From IMG/VR virus record IMGVR_UViG_3300038466_000036, positions 1 to 55,548 of that record: DNA of 55,548 nucleotides. One strand, given 5' to 3'. The notes beneath the pieces were generated by a model. That model had not been told where the DNA came from and made no database searches. It saw only the letters and a list, made by a program, of their open reading frames with translations. The position numbers were made by a program, and so were the translations under genes. Source of the stretch: a virus (lineage: Duplodnaviria > Caudoviricetes). Shown in pieces: positions 38,476-46,662 of this stretch; position 1 is the first letter of the stretch; every line of letters begins with the position of its first letter.

Positions 38476-39063
38476 TTATTGTTCTATCAATTTGTCGACA
38501 AACTGTAACATATTTTTAGATCTGTCACGAAGTCTCCTTACAGGACTACCGATATATACTCCCCACGGAGCAAGACTTTTAATAATCAGACTATTGGATC
38601 CAACCGCAACACCTTCACCAAGTATTACTCCCGGAAAAACTATACATCCGGCTCCCGTTATCGTGTGTTCTTTAAAATGAATTACTCTTTTATCGACGCA
38701 TGTATATTCTTTTGGAACTGTCGGACCCATAAGATATTCTCCGGAATAATCATCTGACATACTAAACAGTTTTCCGCCATATGATACGTTAGAGAAATTA
38801 TCCAGAATTATTCCACCACCTCCAGCCAATATACATTGACTTGCTATATGTATATAATTGTTAATTTCTATAAATCCTGGAGTTATAGCTGTTAATATAC
38901 ATTGGCTGTCTATTCGTACATTATTTCCTATAGATATATTCTCTAATCCAACTATGGTACATGATTTAGAAATCATTACATTTTTACCAACACTTTTAAA
39001 TCCAAAGTTGACTAATTCATCCTCCCTGTAATAACCTGTATTAAAAGGATTGTTGTTTTCCAT
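38476..39063 (-). CDS. hexapeptide-repeat (left-handed beta-helix) sugar acetyltransferase
   Basis: ISIGNNVRID, IHIASQC, GAGCIVFPGVILGEGVAVGSNSLI and GVYIGSPVR. Confidence 0.9.
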   Translation of the reverse strand: MENNNPFNTGYYREDELVNFGFKSVGKNVMISKSCTIVGLENISIGNNVRIDSQCILTAITPGFIEINNYIHIASQCILAGGGGIILDNFSNVSYGGKLFSMSDDYSGEYLMGPTVPKEYTCVDKRVIHFKEHTITGAGCIVFPGVILGEGVAVGSNSLIIKSLAPWGVYIGSPVRRLRDRSKNMLQFVDKLIEQ

Positions 39064-39084
39064 TGTTTAATTTTACTCCGTTTA

Positions 39085-39873
39085 TTATATATTTAACCAC
39101 TCGTATTTTCTATCGAGGGAATTATATACCTGTTCGGCTAATTCTTTATTTGGTTTACCAATATTTATCACTTCATTAAGTATTGATTCACATATATCAT
39201 CAGCATTTTTCCAGTTTATTACATTCGGTAAATCTATAATATTAGATACACATTTTCTACCTCTTAATCCTAAATCTATTACAGATGTACATCCTTTTGC
39301 AAACTCACTAAGCATTAACCCTATAAATGATTCGTTATAAAATTGATCACATACACCAGAATACCATTCATTCATAGAATAAAACTTATCAGAATATACA
39401 AAACTATAAGGTATTTTCTTCTTCTTTAATTCTTCCATTAATATCCGAATGTGTTTAGTAGGTTTTATCTTGGGACTATGATTATACAAATATATTTTTG
39501 CTCCTAATGGTGTAGGATTGATTTTATTCATATCTATACCGGTAAGACGATCCTCTCTTCTCCCTTCAGGAAGTGTTTTAATAACATTTATACCATTTTG
39601 TATTAATTTATCATATCCTATTCTTAACGCTGTTGTGTGTATAATATCTATATCTTTAAAATATTTAGGACTGCCAAACCGTAAAATATCCGCGCCACAC
39701 CACCGTAAAACAACCTTTGATTTATGACTTTTTATAAATTTTAAATCTTTCGGAGTATAACAACCATACACCACAACCGGTTCTGTTTGAGATATATAAG
39801 GTCCAACCCCAATATGATGCAAAAAATCAAAACTTGAAATTGTATCTGAAATATAACCTTGTTTTACTCTCAT
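39085..39873 (-). CDS. putative glycosyltransferase, GT-B-like (degenerate)
   Basis: VVLRWCGAD and the C-terminal YNESFIGLML...TSVIDLGLRGRKCVSN resemble the GT4 nucleotide-sugar-binding region. Adjacent to the acetyltransferase. Confidence 0.55.
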   Translation of the reverse strand: MRVKQGYISDTISSFDFLHHIGVGPYISQTEPVVVYGCYTPKDLKFIKSHKSKVVLRWCGADILRFGSPKYFKDIDIIHTTALRIGYDKLIQNGINVIKTLPEGRREDRLTGIDMNKINPTPLGAKIYLYNHSPKIKPTKHIRILMEELKKKKIPYSFVYSDKFYSMNEWYSGVCDQFYNESFIGLMLSEFAKGCTSVIDLGLRGRKCVSNIIDLPNVINWKNADDICESILNEVINIGKPNKELAEQVYNSLDRKYEWLNI

Positions 39874-39946
39874 AAGTTACACCAATATTTAAACAAGGGG
39901 TTAACAAATTAGTAATAAATTAAATTACTTATGGGTATATACAAAA

Positions 39947-39982
39947 AACAAGGAGGTGGATATCTCTACCCACCTCCTTGTT
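39947..39982 (-). terminator. intrinsic terminator
   Basis: aacaaggaggtgg/ccacctccttgtt with a U-tract on the minus strand. Confidence 0.8.
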
Positions 39983-40011
39983 AAACACATTATATCAAAT
40001 TGAATAAAAGA

Positions 40012-41301
40012 TTAAGCGGAGTATTCCTGAACCCTGCGGGTCCACTTCTCAACTTCCTTCTGAAGCGGAGCGGACTCGGGATTCTGCCTCGCGGCAGACT
40101 GAGCGTTCTTGAGTGCTTCCATCGCGGCAGCCTTGAGGCACGCTTGTTTCTCATCTCCACTCATACCCCTACAAACACCGGAGTGTTTTTTCCACACAAG
40201 AGCGGCGATAGTAGCAAGTGCGGCAACGCCAACAGCAGGACGACCGGTAATCACTCCGACCTTGGTCTTCCATCCACCACTCTGCCAAGCGGTCTTTCGA
40301 GAAGCAGCGGCTTTCTTTACTCCACCGTAACCAGTTTGAACGCCAGCCCAAGCTTTTCCAGGAGCGCCCTTAACTCCGCCTGCTCCGGCTTGAATACCGG
40401 CCCAGGCTTTTCCAGGAGCGCCCTTAACAGCCTCCCACTTGCCTTCCGCGCGTTTAGCAAGAGCAATGCGCATTCTGCGTATAACCGAAGGGTAAGTTCT
40501 TTCAAAATCGGCTACCAATTGTCTTTTGTCGTTCCGTGCTTTTAAAAGCCCGGCTTCATCTTTAGCTGCTTTGGCGGCTTTAATCCGTTTATTTACTTCT
40601 TCCAACTTCGGTTTAAGCTCGGCGCGCGCAGCCTCTTTAGCAGCTTTAGCGGCAGCAGACTCGGCTTTTTTCGCGGCTTTATCCGGATCCCATTCTTCTC
40701 CAACGATACCTTCCGCTTCCAAAATCAATTCGGCAGCAGTAGACAATCCTTCGGCTTCCGCCAACAGGTTGTAATCAAGTACCATCTCGGCAAGATCAAA
40801 ATAATTAGGAACTATATTAGATCCAAATTTCTCAAGGCAATTCTGCGCCTCGGCAACGACATGTTTCATATCGGAATCGGAAAGATCGTATCCCTCTTTA
40901 ATCTCTGTAAGCGCCTCATAATCGAAACCATCAGCGCCAATAGCCATGGCGGTCTCAAATATAATCATAGGCACATGAACGGCCCTGGAACTTGGGTTAC
41001 CCCACTGTCCGGTGATCTGAATCATAGGAACGATGTTCTCAACCACGAAAGTACCAATCTGCTCTTCTGAAAGATTGGCGGATTCAATAATTCCGAGGTG
41101 TTTGATTTTGGTATCGGCGTCAACACCCTCAGACTCCAGAATCACATTGCGGACAGACGCTTTGGCGGCATTCTCATAGAGCATATCCAAAGAGATGTAC
41201 ACATCGGGACCAGGGCCTTCCTCCAAAGTCTGATATGTATTAACACCTTCCATAGTCTCAGCGGACTCCTGAATTAATTGATCAATAAGGCTGTACGACA
41301 T
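40012..41301 (-). CDS. putative abundant head core protein: acidic scaffold-like N-half plus a membrane/Cys-pair module
   Basis: Many [ILV]-x-E sites in the first ~200 aa, an Ala/Lys coiled coil, an 18-aa repeat, a hydrophobic helix and C-x10-C-x19-P. Has its own promoter motif, strong SD and terminator. Confidence 0.65.
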   Translation of the reverse strand: MSYSLIDQLIQESAETMEGVNTYQTLEEGPGPDVYISLDMLYENAAKASVRNVILESEGVDADTKIKHLGIIESANLSEEQIGTFVVENIVPMIQITGQWGNPSSRAVHVPMIIFETAMAIGADGFDYEALTEIKEGYDLSDSDMKHVVAEAQNCLEKFGSNIVPNYFDLAEMVLDYNLLAEAEGLSTAAELILEAEGIVGEEWDPDKAAKKAESAAAKAAKEAARAELKPKLEEVNKRIKAAKAAKDEAGLLKARNDKRQLVADFERTYPSVIRRMRIALAKRAEGKWEAVKGAPGKAWAGIQAGAGGVKGAPGKAWAGVQTGYGGVKKAAASRKTAWQSGGWKTKVGVITGRPAVGVAALATIAALVWKKHSGVCRGMSGDEKQACLKAAAMEALKNAQSAARQNPESAPLQKEVEKWTRRVQEYSA

Positions 41302-41403
41302 TTAGAAATTCCTCCCTTAACAAGTTAAACAACCAAGGTTTGATTCTTTACCTGAATATTTATATATTTGTTTGTTTGAATTGATCACCTATCTATATAT
41401 CCT

Positions 41404-41416
41404 TTAAAATTTGTCC
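41404..41416 (-). promoter_or_regulatory. putative late promoter motif GGACAAATTTTAA
   Basis: Upstream of ORF 41301. Confidence 0.65.
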
Positions 41417-41429
41417 TGAATCTCATTCC

Positions 41430-41831
41430 CTATTTTAGATCCAATTCTTCGAGTTTTGTTATCAATTTATCCATTTTTTCTTCATATTCCTTCTTTTTTT
41501 CTTTTATTATTATACTATCGGGATATTTATTCGATAGATCTTTTAGTCTTTTAATCGAATCCTCATATATCTTTATTTGACACAATAACTTTGCAGATTC
41601 AGTAGGAATGCGAAAACAATCCCGAATGTTATGTTTTCTATTTTTTATTATAGAATGTAAAAGAAAACCAGCGCCCAACACTACACCGGTAGCGGCGGCT
41701 TCAGATGCTTTTTCTGGGAGTTTTGCCGAAAAATGACTCGCAAAACGGGACATTGGTTTTCGAAATGTCGAAAAGGATATTTCCGATAGATTGCCCCGAT
41801 TCATCATAATCGATTCGGATATAAATGGCAT
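41430..41831 (-). CDS. MFISE-family putative virion membrane protein
   Basis: ATG at 41831 with a GGGAG SD gives MPFISESIM. Contains AAATGVVLGAGFLLHSII and C-x11-C-x19-P. Confidence 0.72.
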   Translation of the reverse strand: MPFISESIMMNRGNLSEISFSTFRKPMSRFASHFSAKLPEKASEAAATGVVLGAGFLLHSIIKNRKHNIRDCFRIPTESAKLLCQIKIYEDSIKRLKDLSNKYPDSIIIKEKKKEYEEKMDKLITKLEELDLK

Positions 41832-41889
41832 CTTACTTACTCCCAATTACCGTTTAAAATTATTACTTTATATCTTATATGGTAAAAAT

Positions 41890-41936
41890 GTCTGCAAGGA
41901 GAAAACCATAAATAAATATGATCTCTCCTTGCAGAC
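41890..41936 (-). terminator. terminator after the major capsid gene
   Basis: gtctgcaaggaga/tctccttgcagac with a U-tract on the minus strand. Confidence 0.75.
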
Positions 41937-41948
41937 TTATATCATTGG

Positions 41949-43436
41949 TTAGTTATTGGGGTAGTTATTCAATGTATCAACGATATTCAGAATTCCTATA
42001 GCTTCCGGACGCACAACCCTTGTTGCGTAACGGGTCATAACTGTCAGGCTGGGGATAGGTCCAAGAGGATAAGGCATTAACAATGCAGGTACGTAAGGAG
42101 CATAAACAAACGCGGCGCGCAGAAGCTCATTAGACCTGTACTTGACAATGACTTTACCCTTCGGAATAACCGAAGATACCAATACTTTCCACAATCCGCC
42201 TTGAACGGTGGCTGAACGGTAACCAACTTCTCCACCATCAACAGAGTTACCAACAAGGTCGAAACCATTGAGGCTCTGGAAGATAGAAGCGTCGAGCGGG
42301 TTACAAGCCAGGGTATTCGCGGAACCCATAAGCGAACTGTTGTAAATCTGAGCAGACAGAGTATTAAGTGTAGGAATAATATTCTCGTACCATTGCTTGC
42401 GTCCGAAGACGAAAGTGCCGGGAGGATTAAGATCGAATGTCGCTGTATGAGAAGTAGAATAAGAAGAAGAAGTAACGGCGGTAAGAAGCTTATTGATAAT
42501 TTCCCTGTCGATATCAAGAGCAAGCTGCTCGCCAATCATATTGATAATCTGCGCCTGGAGGTTAAGATCGAACAGTGCCTTGGCATCCTGCTCGAACGTA
42601 TTGGTCCATTCAGCGGAGATTCTACGATCGACGGTTTTGAAGCTCAGTTTCTCCATAACGAACCGGAGAGTAGGATTAATCCTGTTCTCTTCAAGAGAAG
42701 CATAAGCCTCGTAACGAACCGCCAGAATATTTCCACCAACTGAAGAGGTGGCGAGAGTTCCAAGCTCATAATCAACATGGCCGGAAAGAACATCACTGCC
42801 AACAGTCAAGGAAATGGTCTGGGAGAAGTTGCCATTCACATCGGGAATTACAGAGCAGACGATCCAGGCAGTTCCGTCATATACCGCATTGATATTGAAA
42901 TCCTTCTCAATGTGCGCGTTGTCGGATGTGATGCCGGGGCCGATCTCGGTAAAGATGTTGTGGATGGTATTACAATTGGCCTCTCCAGGAGCGGCGATAG
43001 GAACACCAGGACCCTTGGAGATATCAACATCTACCGAGGGGAACTGATAAGGATGACCTGTATCGACGTAACGGCCAAAATATCCACGAATAAAGTATTG
43101 AACTGGATCTGGCTTATCGATCGGCATAACATTGACAAGCTCTTTCGCAATCAGCTTCGGATAGAATACGCGAAGCAAGGGAAGAGAAAGCGCCTCATAA
43201 GGATGACGAATCTGGGTAACTGAATTCTCCATAAGTTTGATTCTGGTGTTATCAGCCAATTCCCTAAAATCAGACTTTCCCTCTTCGCTCAACCCCTCGG
43301 AAAGAGAGGTGATATATTTAGAGAAGTGTCTGGAATCTCTGATAATTTCCTCAAATCCCCTCATATCCCGTGGATCGTAACCGGTCAAAGTCGTAGTCCT
43401 GTCGTAAGACTCCTTAAGAAAATGTTTTGTAGACAT
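41949..43436 (-). CDS. major capsid protein (T4 gp23-like, HK97 fold)
   Basis: LPLLRVFYPKLIAKELVNVMPI, RRISAEWT..FEQD, LALDIDREII, FVYAPYVP and VMTRYA. Confidence 0.95.
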   Translation of the reverse strand: MSTKHFLKESYDRTTTLTGYDPRDMRGFEEIIRDSRHFSKYITSLSEGLSEEGKSDFRELADNTRIKLMENSVTQIRHPYEALSLPLLRVFYPKLIAKELVNVMPIDKPDPVQYFIRGYFGRYVDTGHPYQFPSVDVDISKGPGVPIAAPGEANCNTIHNIFTEIGPGITSDNAHIEKDFNINAVYDGTAWIVCSVIPDVNGNFSQTISLTVGSDVLSGHVDYELGTLATSSVGGNILAVRYEAYASLEENRINPTLRFVMEKLSFKTVDRRISAEWTNTFEQDAKALFDLNLQAQIINMIGEQLALDIDREIINKLLTAVTSSSYSTSHTATFDLNPPGTFVFGRKQWYENIIPTLNTLSAQIYNSSLMGSANTLACNPLDASIFQSLNGFDLVGNSVDGGEVGYRSATVQGGLWKVLVSSVIPKGKVIVKYRSNELLRAAFVYAPYVPALLMPYPLGPIPSLTVMTRYATRVVRPEAIGILNIVDTLNNYPNN

Positions 43437-43478
43437 TGTGAGGTAAACTCCTTTTCAATTTTTATACGGTATTAATAA

Positions 43479-43895
43479 CTACCCATACGTTATTCGCGGC
43501 GTATCTGGCGTATATGTCGATATCCGCTCGTCCCATACCATTAATGATTCAATTGATTGATTATCTATAGTTTCCAATAATTTTAAAATCGTTTGTTTAT
43601 TTTTGCCCTTCACAACACCTTCTTTTCTTAAGGTGTTTAATTTGTCGATTATTTTAGTTTTAAGTTGTAGTTTCTTTTCTTCCAGGGCCATAGCTTCAAT
43701 CTTTTTTCTTCGTTCCCGTAGTTGTGTTTTAGCGTCTTCCAGTTTTATTTTATATTGTTCTGATTCAGTAAATGCCCTTTTAATCTCTTTATCGTTTTGC
43801 GCCAATACAGTCTGAGAAAGTTTAAGGATAATATCTTTTAATGGAAGATCTTTTTCTACAGAATTTGTTGTTGCGTCCACATTCACATAATTCAT
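43479..43895 (-). CDS. coiled-coil protein upstream of the capsid gene (possible head assembly factor)
   Basis: 138 aa, between a late motif and the major capsid gene. Confidence 0.6.
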   Translation of the reverse strand: MNYVNVDATTNSVEKDLPLKDIILKLSQTVLAQNDKEIKRAFTESEQYKIKLEDAKTQLRERRKKIEAMALEEKKLQLKTKIIDKLNTLRKEGVVKGKNKQTILKLLETIDNQSIESLMVWDERISTYTPDTPRITYG

Positions 43896-43944
43896 TTACA
43901 CTTACCGCCCCTGATATGAAAGTTTTAACCCGTTCACTTATTTT

Positions 43945-43957
43945 TTATAATTTGTCG
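43945..43957 (-). promoter_or_regulatory. putative late promoter variant CGACAAATTATAA
   Basis: One mismatch to the consensus; upstream of the capsid operon. Confidence 0.6.
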
Positions 43958-43998
43958 ATATTATTACCTAAAAATATAGTTAAAATATCCACCCTATT

Positions 43999-44295
43999 TT
44001 AATTTTGTAATACATTCTCTAATTGATAGTGTTTTTGCCTATAAGCCGAGTTGAGTTTTTTAACTCTATCCTCAATTTCCGTCAGTATACTATCGGATTC
44101 TTTTAAATACCTCTCGTGTATATCTATCTTCGACTTATAATATTCCTTGGTTGTAATCAACCTTTGGAATTCCAGTTTTTTCGGAAAATTGGTCTTCCTC
44201 ATATATTCTAAAATAATATTCTCCAAATAAGAAGAAGATTTCTTATTCGGGGTTTCATTGTCCAATTCTATAACTGATATGTTCATACAAAACAT
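43999..44295 (-). CDS. hypothetical coiled-coil protein
   Basis: 98-aa ORF overlapping the end of the helicase gene. Confidence 0.55.
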   Translation of the reverse strand: MFCMNISVIELDNETPNKKSSSYLENIILEYMRKTNFPKKLEFQRLITTKEYYKSKIDIHERYLKESDSILTEIEDRVKKLNSAYRQKHYQLENVLQN

Positions 44296-46240
44296 CCCCT
44301 TCGTTTACTGAGTTGTCGTAAAGTAAAGACTCGTACAGTTTAGATGTGGCTTCCACTCCCGAATCTCCTATAATACCCTTAAACATATCTTTAGACCACG
44401 AAACAATATCTTCCATCCTGGTGGATAGATTGGGTTGATTTCCCGTATCTAATATAAAGGTATAAACGAAAACATCTGTATCCTGTCCTATTCTGTATAC
44501 CCTGTTTGCGGCCTGTTCCTGATCAACGAATCTCCAGGGTTGATTTAAGAAAATCACAGTGTTGGCCTCAATCAACGTTACGCCGGTAGACATGGTTTGC
44601 ACAGTTGCTATCAAAGGATTGATTTCAGAATTTGCTCTAAATTTTATTAAATTATCCTTAATTATACTGGATGTCTCTCCATATACCAATATCGGATTTT
44701 TTCCACATTTGGTTCTTACATAATTATCCGCTGTTCTCACCACATCTGTATATGTAGTAAAACATATTGTTTTCTTCAATGATTTATTAATGATTTCGCA
44801 TAAAGGACTATGTTCGATCATTTGTGAAAACATTTCAGATCTCATATTATTCAATAATCCACCAAGAACTTCTCCCATGATTTTCATATCCACATATTTA
44901 ACAACCGCTCTGGATTTATCAAATTTCTTTTTCAGTTCATTGGTTAGATTTGGACGTATTTTATCTCTTTCATATCTGTTCGCCCAGGCAACCCTTTCCA
45001 CCTGATCTCTGTCCATATTGGAATATCCATATCTTTTAAGTTCAGTAATAATTTCATTATATTTGATCATATCCGGAGAATTGGAACCGAGTTTTAAATA
45101 TGCATAAGACATACATTCATTATAGTTATTAACATGCTCTTTAAATGTCGTAGTATAATGAAGTTTTCTTTCTCCGATAAAATCCAATACTTTTGTTTTA
45201 ACATTATCCAATGTATATTTATCGGATCCTGCAAATTTAATCTTAACTTCCATATTTGTTTTCTTTGGAAGTTTCTCCACTTCATCCTTGGTTTTCCTAT
45301 GCATAATCATTCCCAATCTATTTCTCACTATATCAACAGCTACAAGTGTGTTTAATCCAAAAACTTTAACAAATATTTTTTTAGCCTCTTCATCGAAATA
45401 CGGATCGATTAGTTCCAATGTAGGAACAATTTCAGATCCGAGAGCTTTGATAGGCGTTCCAGACAACATCAATATGTCTTTGCATCTGGTGGATTTAGCA
45501 ATACCTAAAAGATTTATTACTCTTTTCGCATCTGTATTTCTAAAGTTGTGAGATTCATCCACTATAATACCAACATTATTAGCCCTGAATACTTCATTCA
45601 TAATAAGAGACAATTTATCTATAGATTCATAATTGGTGATATAGTATTTAGCTTTTTTTGGTTTATCTCCAACCACCCAAATCTCTTGTTTCTGTTTGAA
45701 TACTTTGTCAATTTCATTTTTCCAAACACTTACCAATCCTGTCTTTGGGGCAATGATAATAACCGCGTCTTTTTTAAGCGAATGCATTAATGCAAGAGAG
45801 GTAAATGTTTTACCAAGTCCCATCTCAAACGCAAGTAAATATCCATTTAAATGATATTGTTGTTTTTTAGAATCGTATAATTCAATAAACTCCCTCTGAT
45901 ATAGTTTTAATTTAAATACAAAATCTTTTTCTATCAATGACATATCTGTGATATTTGAATGTGTTCTTATAGTATCATACATCCATGTATTCATTAATAT
46001 TTCATTACTGATTTTTCTGTATATGGGAGCATTTAAATGATAAAGAATATATACCAGTTCAGGAATAAAAAAATGATGCAGCTTGATCGAAGATTTTCCA
46101 AAAAAAATAAATGACGATTCAAACAGTTTCATTAATCTGGATGTCTTAAATACTTTTTGAGCATCATTGGAAAATCTTGAAACTGGAAAATTCTTTATCG
46201 TAATCATAGGCGGATTATAGACAACCTTCGGATCAAACAT
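44255..46240 (-). CDS. SNF2-family (SF2) helicase/ATPase
   Basis: EMGLGKT, DESH, SGTP, STGVTL and QAANRVYRIGQ. Confidence 0.92.
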   Translation of the reverse strand: MFDPKVVYNPPMITIKNFPVSRFSNDAQKVFKTSRLMKLFESSFIFFGKSSIKLHHFFIPELVYILYHLNAPIYRKISNEILMNTWMYDTIRTHSNITDMSLIEKDFVFKLKLYQREFIELYDSKKQQYHLNGYLLAFEMGLGKTFTSLALMHSLKKDAVIIIAPKTGLVSVWKNEIDKVFKQKQEIWVVGDKPKKAKYYITNYESIDKLSLIMNEVFRANNVGIIVDESHNFRNTDAKRVINLLGIAKSTRCKDILMLSGTPIKALGSEIVPTLELIDPYFDEEAKKIFVKVFGLNTLVAVDIVRNRLGMIMHRKTKDEVEKLPKKTNMEVKIKFAGSDKYTLDNVKTKVLDFIGERKLHYTTTFKEHVNNYNECMSYAYLKLGSNSPDMIKYNEIITELKRYGYSNMDRDQVERVAWANRYERDKIRPNLTNELKKKFDKSRAVVKYVDMKIMGEVLGGLLNNMRSEMFSQMIEHSPLCEIINKSLKKTICFTTYTDVVRTADNYVRTKCGKNPILVYGETSSIIKDNLIKFRANSEINPLIATVQTMSTGVTLIEANTVIFLNQPWRFVDQEQAANRVYRIGQDTDVFVYTFILDTGNQPNLSTRMEDIVSWSKDMFKGIIGDSGVEATSKLYESLLYDNSVNEGDVLYEHISYRIGQ

Positions 46241-46267
46241 GACTATATTTTATTCCTCCATGTACTT

Positions 46268-46369
46268 TTAATTAACCATATTACCATACACAGACATTAT
46301 TAACTTAAGATCGTCCAAGTCTTTTTGTCTACCTCTTGCTTTTTTCCATGCAATAAGATGTAGTAAAAA
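46268..46369 (-). pseudogene. possible 3' remnant of a nucleotidyltransferase-family gene
   Basis: Start-less frame FLLHLIAWKKARGRQKDLDDLKLI matches a K-x3-GR-x-KD-x2-D C-terminal motif. Confidence 0.3.
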
Positions 46370-46662
46370 TTATCAGAGTTTGGCATGTATAACATTTCTT
46401 GATAATCTTGAATTGTTTCAAGAAATGCAGTAGAAGGCAGGCTGCTCCTCACTATCACTAAGCGTGGCCGGGCCAAAGCAGCCTGGGAACAGAATGCTTA
46501 TTTTTTTGTCAATTTTAATCTATATAAAATCTATATAAAAATCATTTGTTTATGCTATATAATAAGGTACAATCTGTAAAGCGTCTGTCGTAAACGCAAC
46601 CCCGACCCGTTATGTTGACGAAAAGGAAGGGAAATGCTAATTCAAAGGTTTAATTTTTTGTA

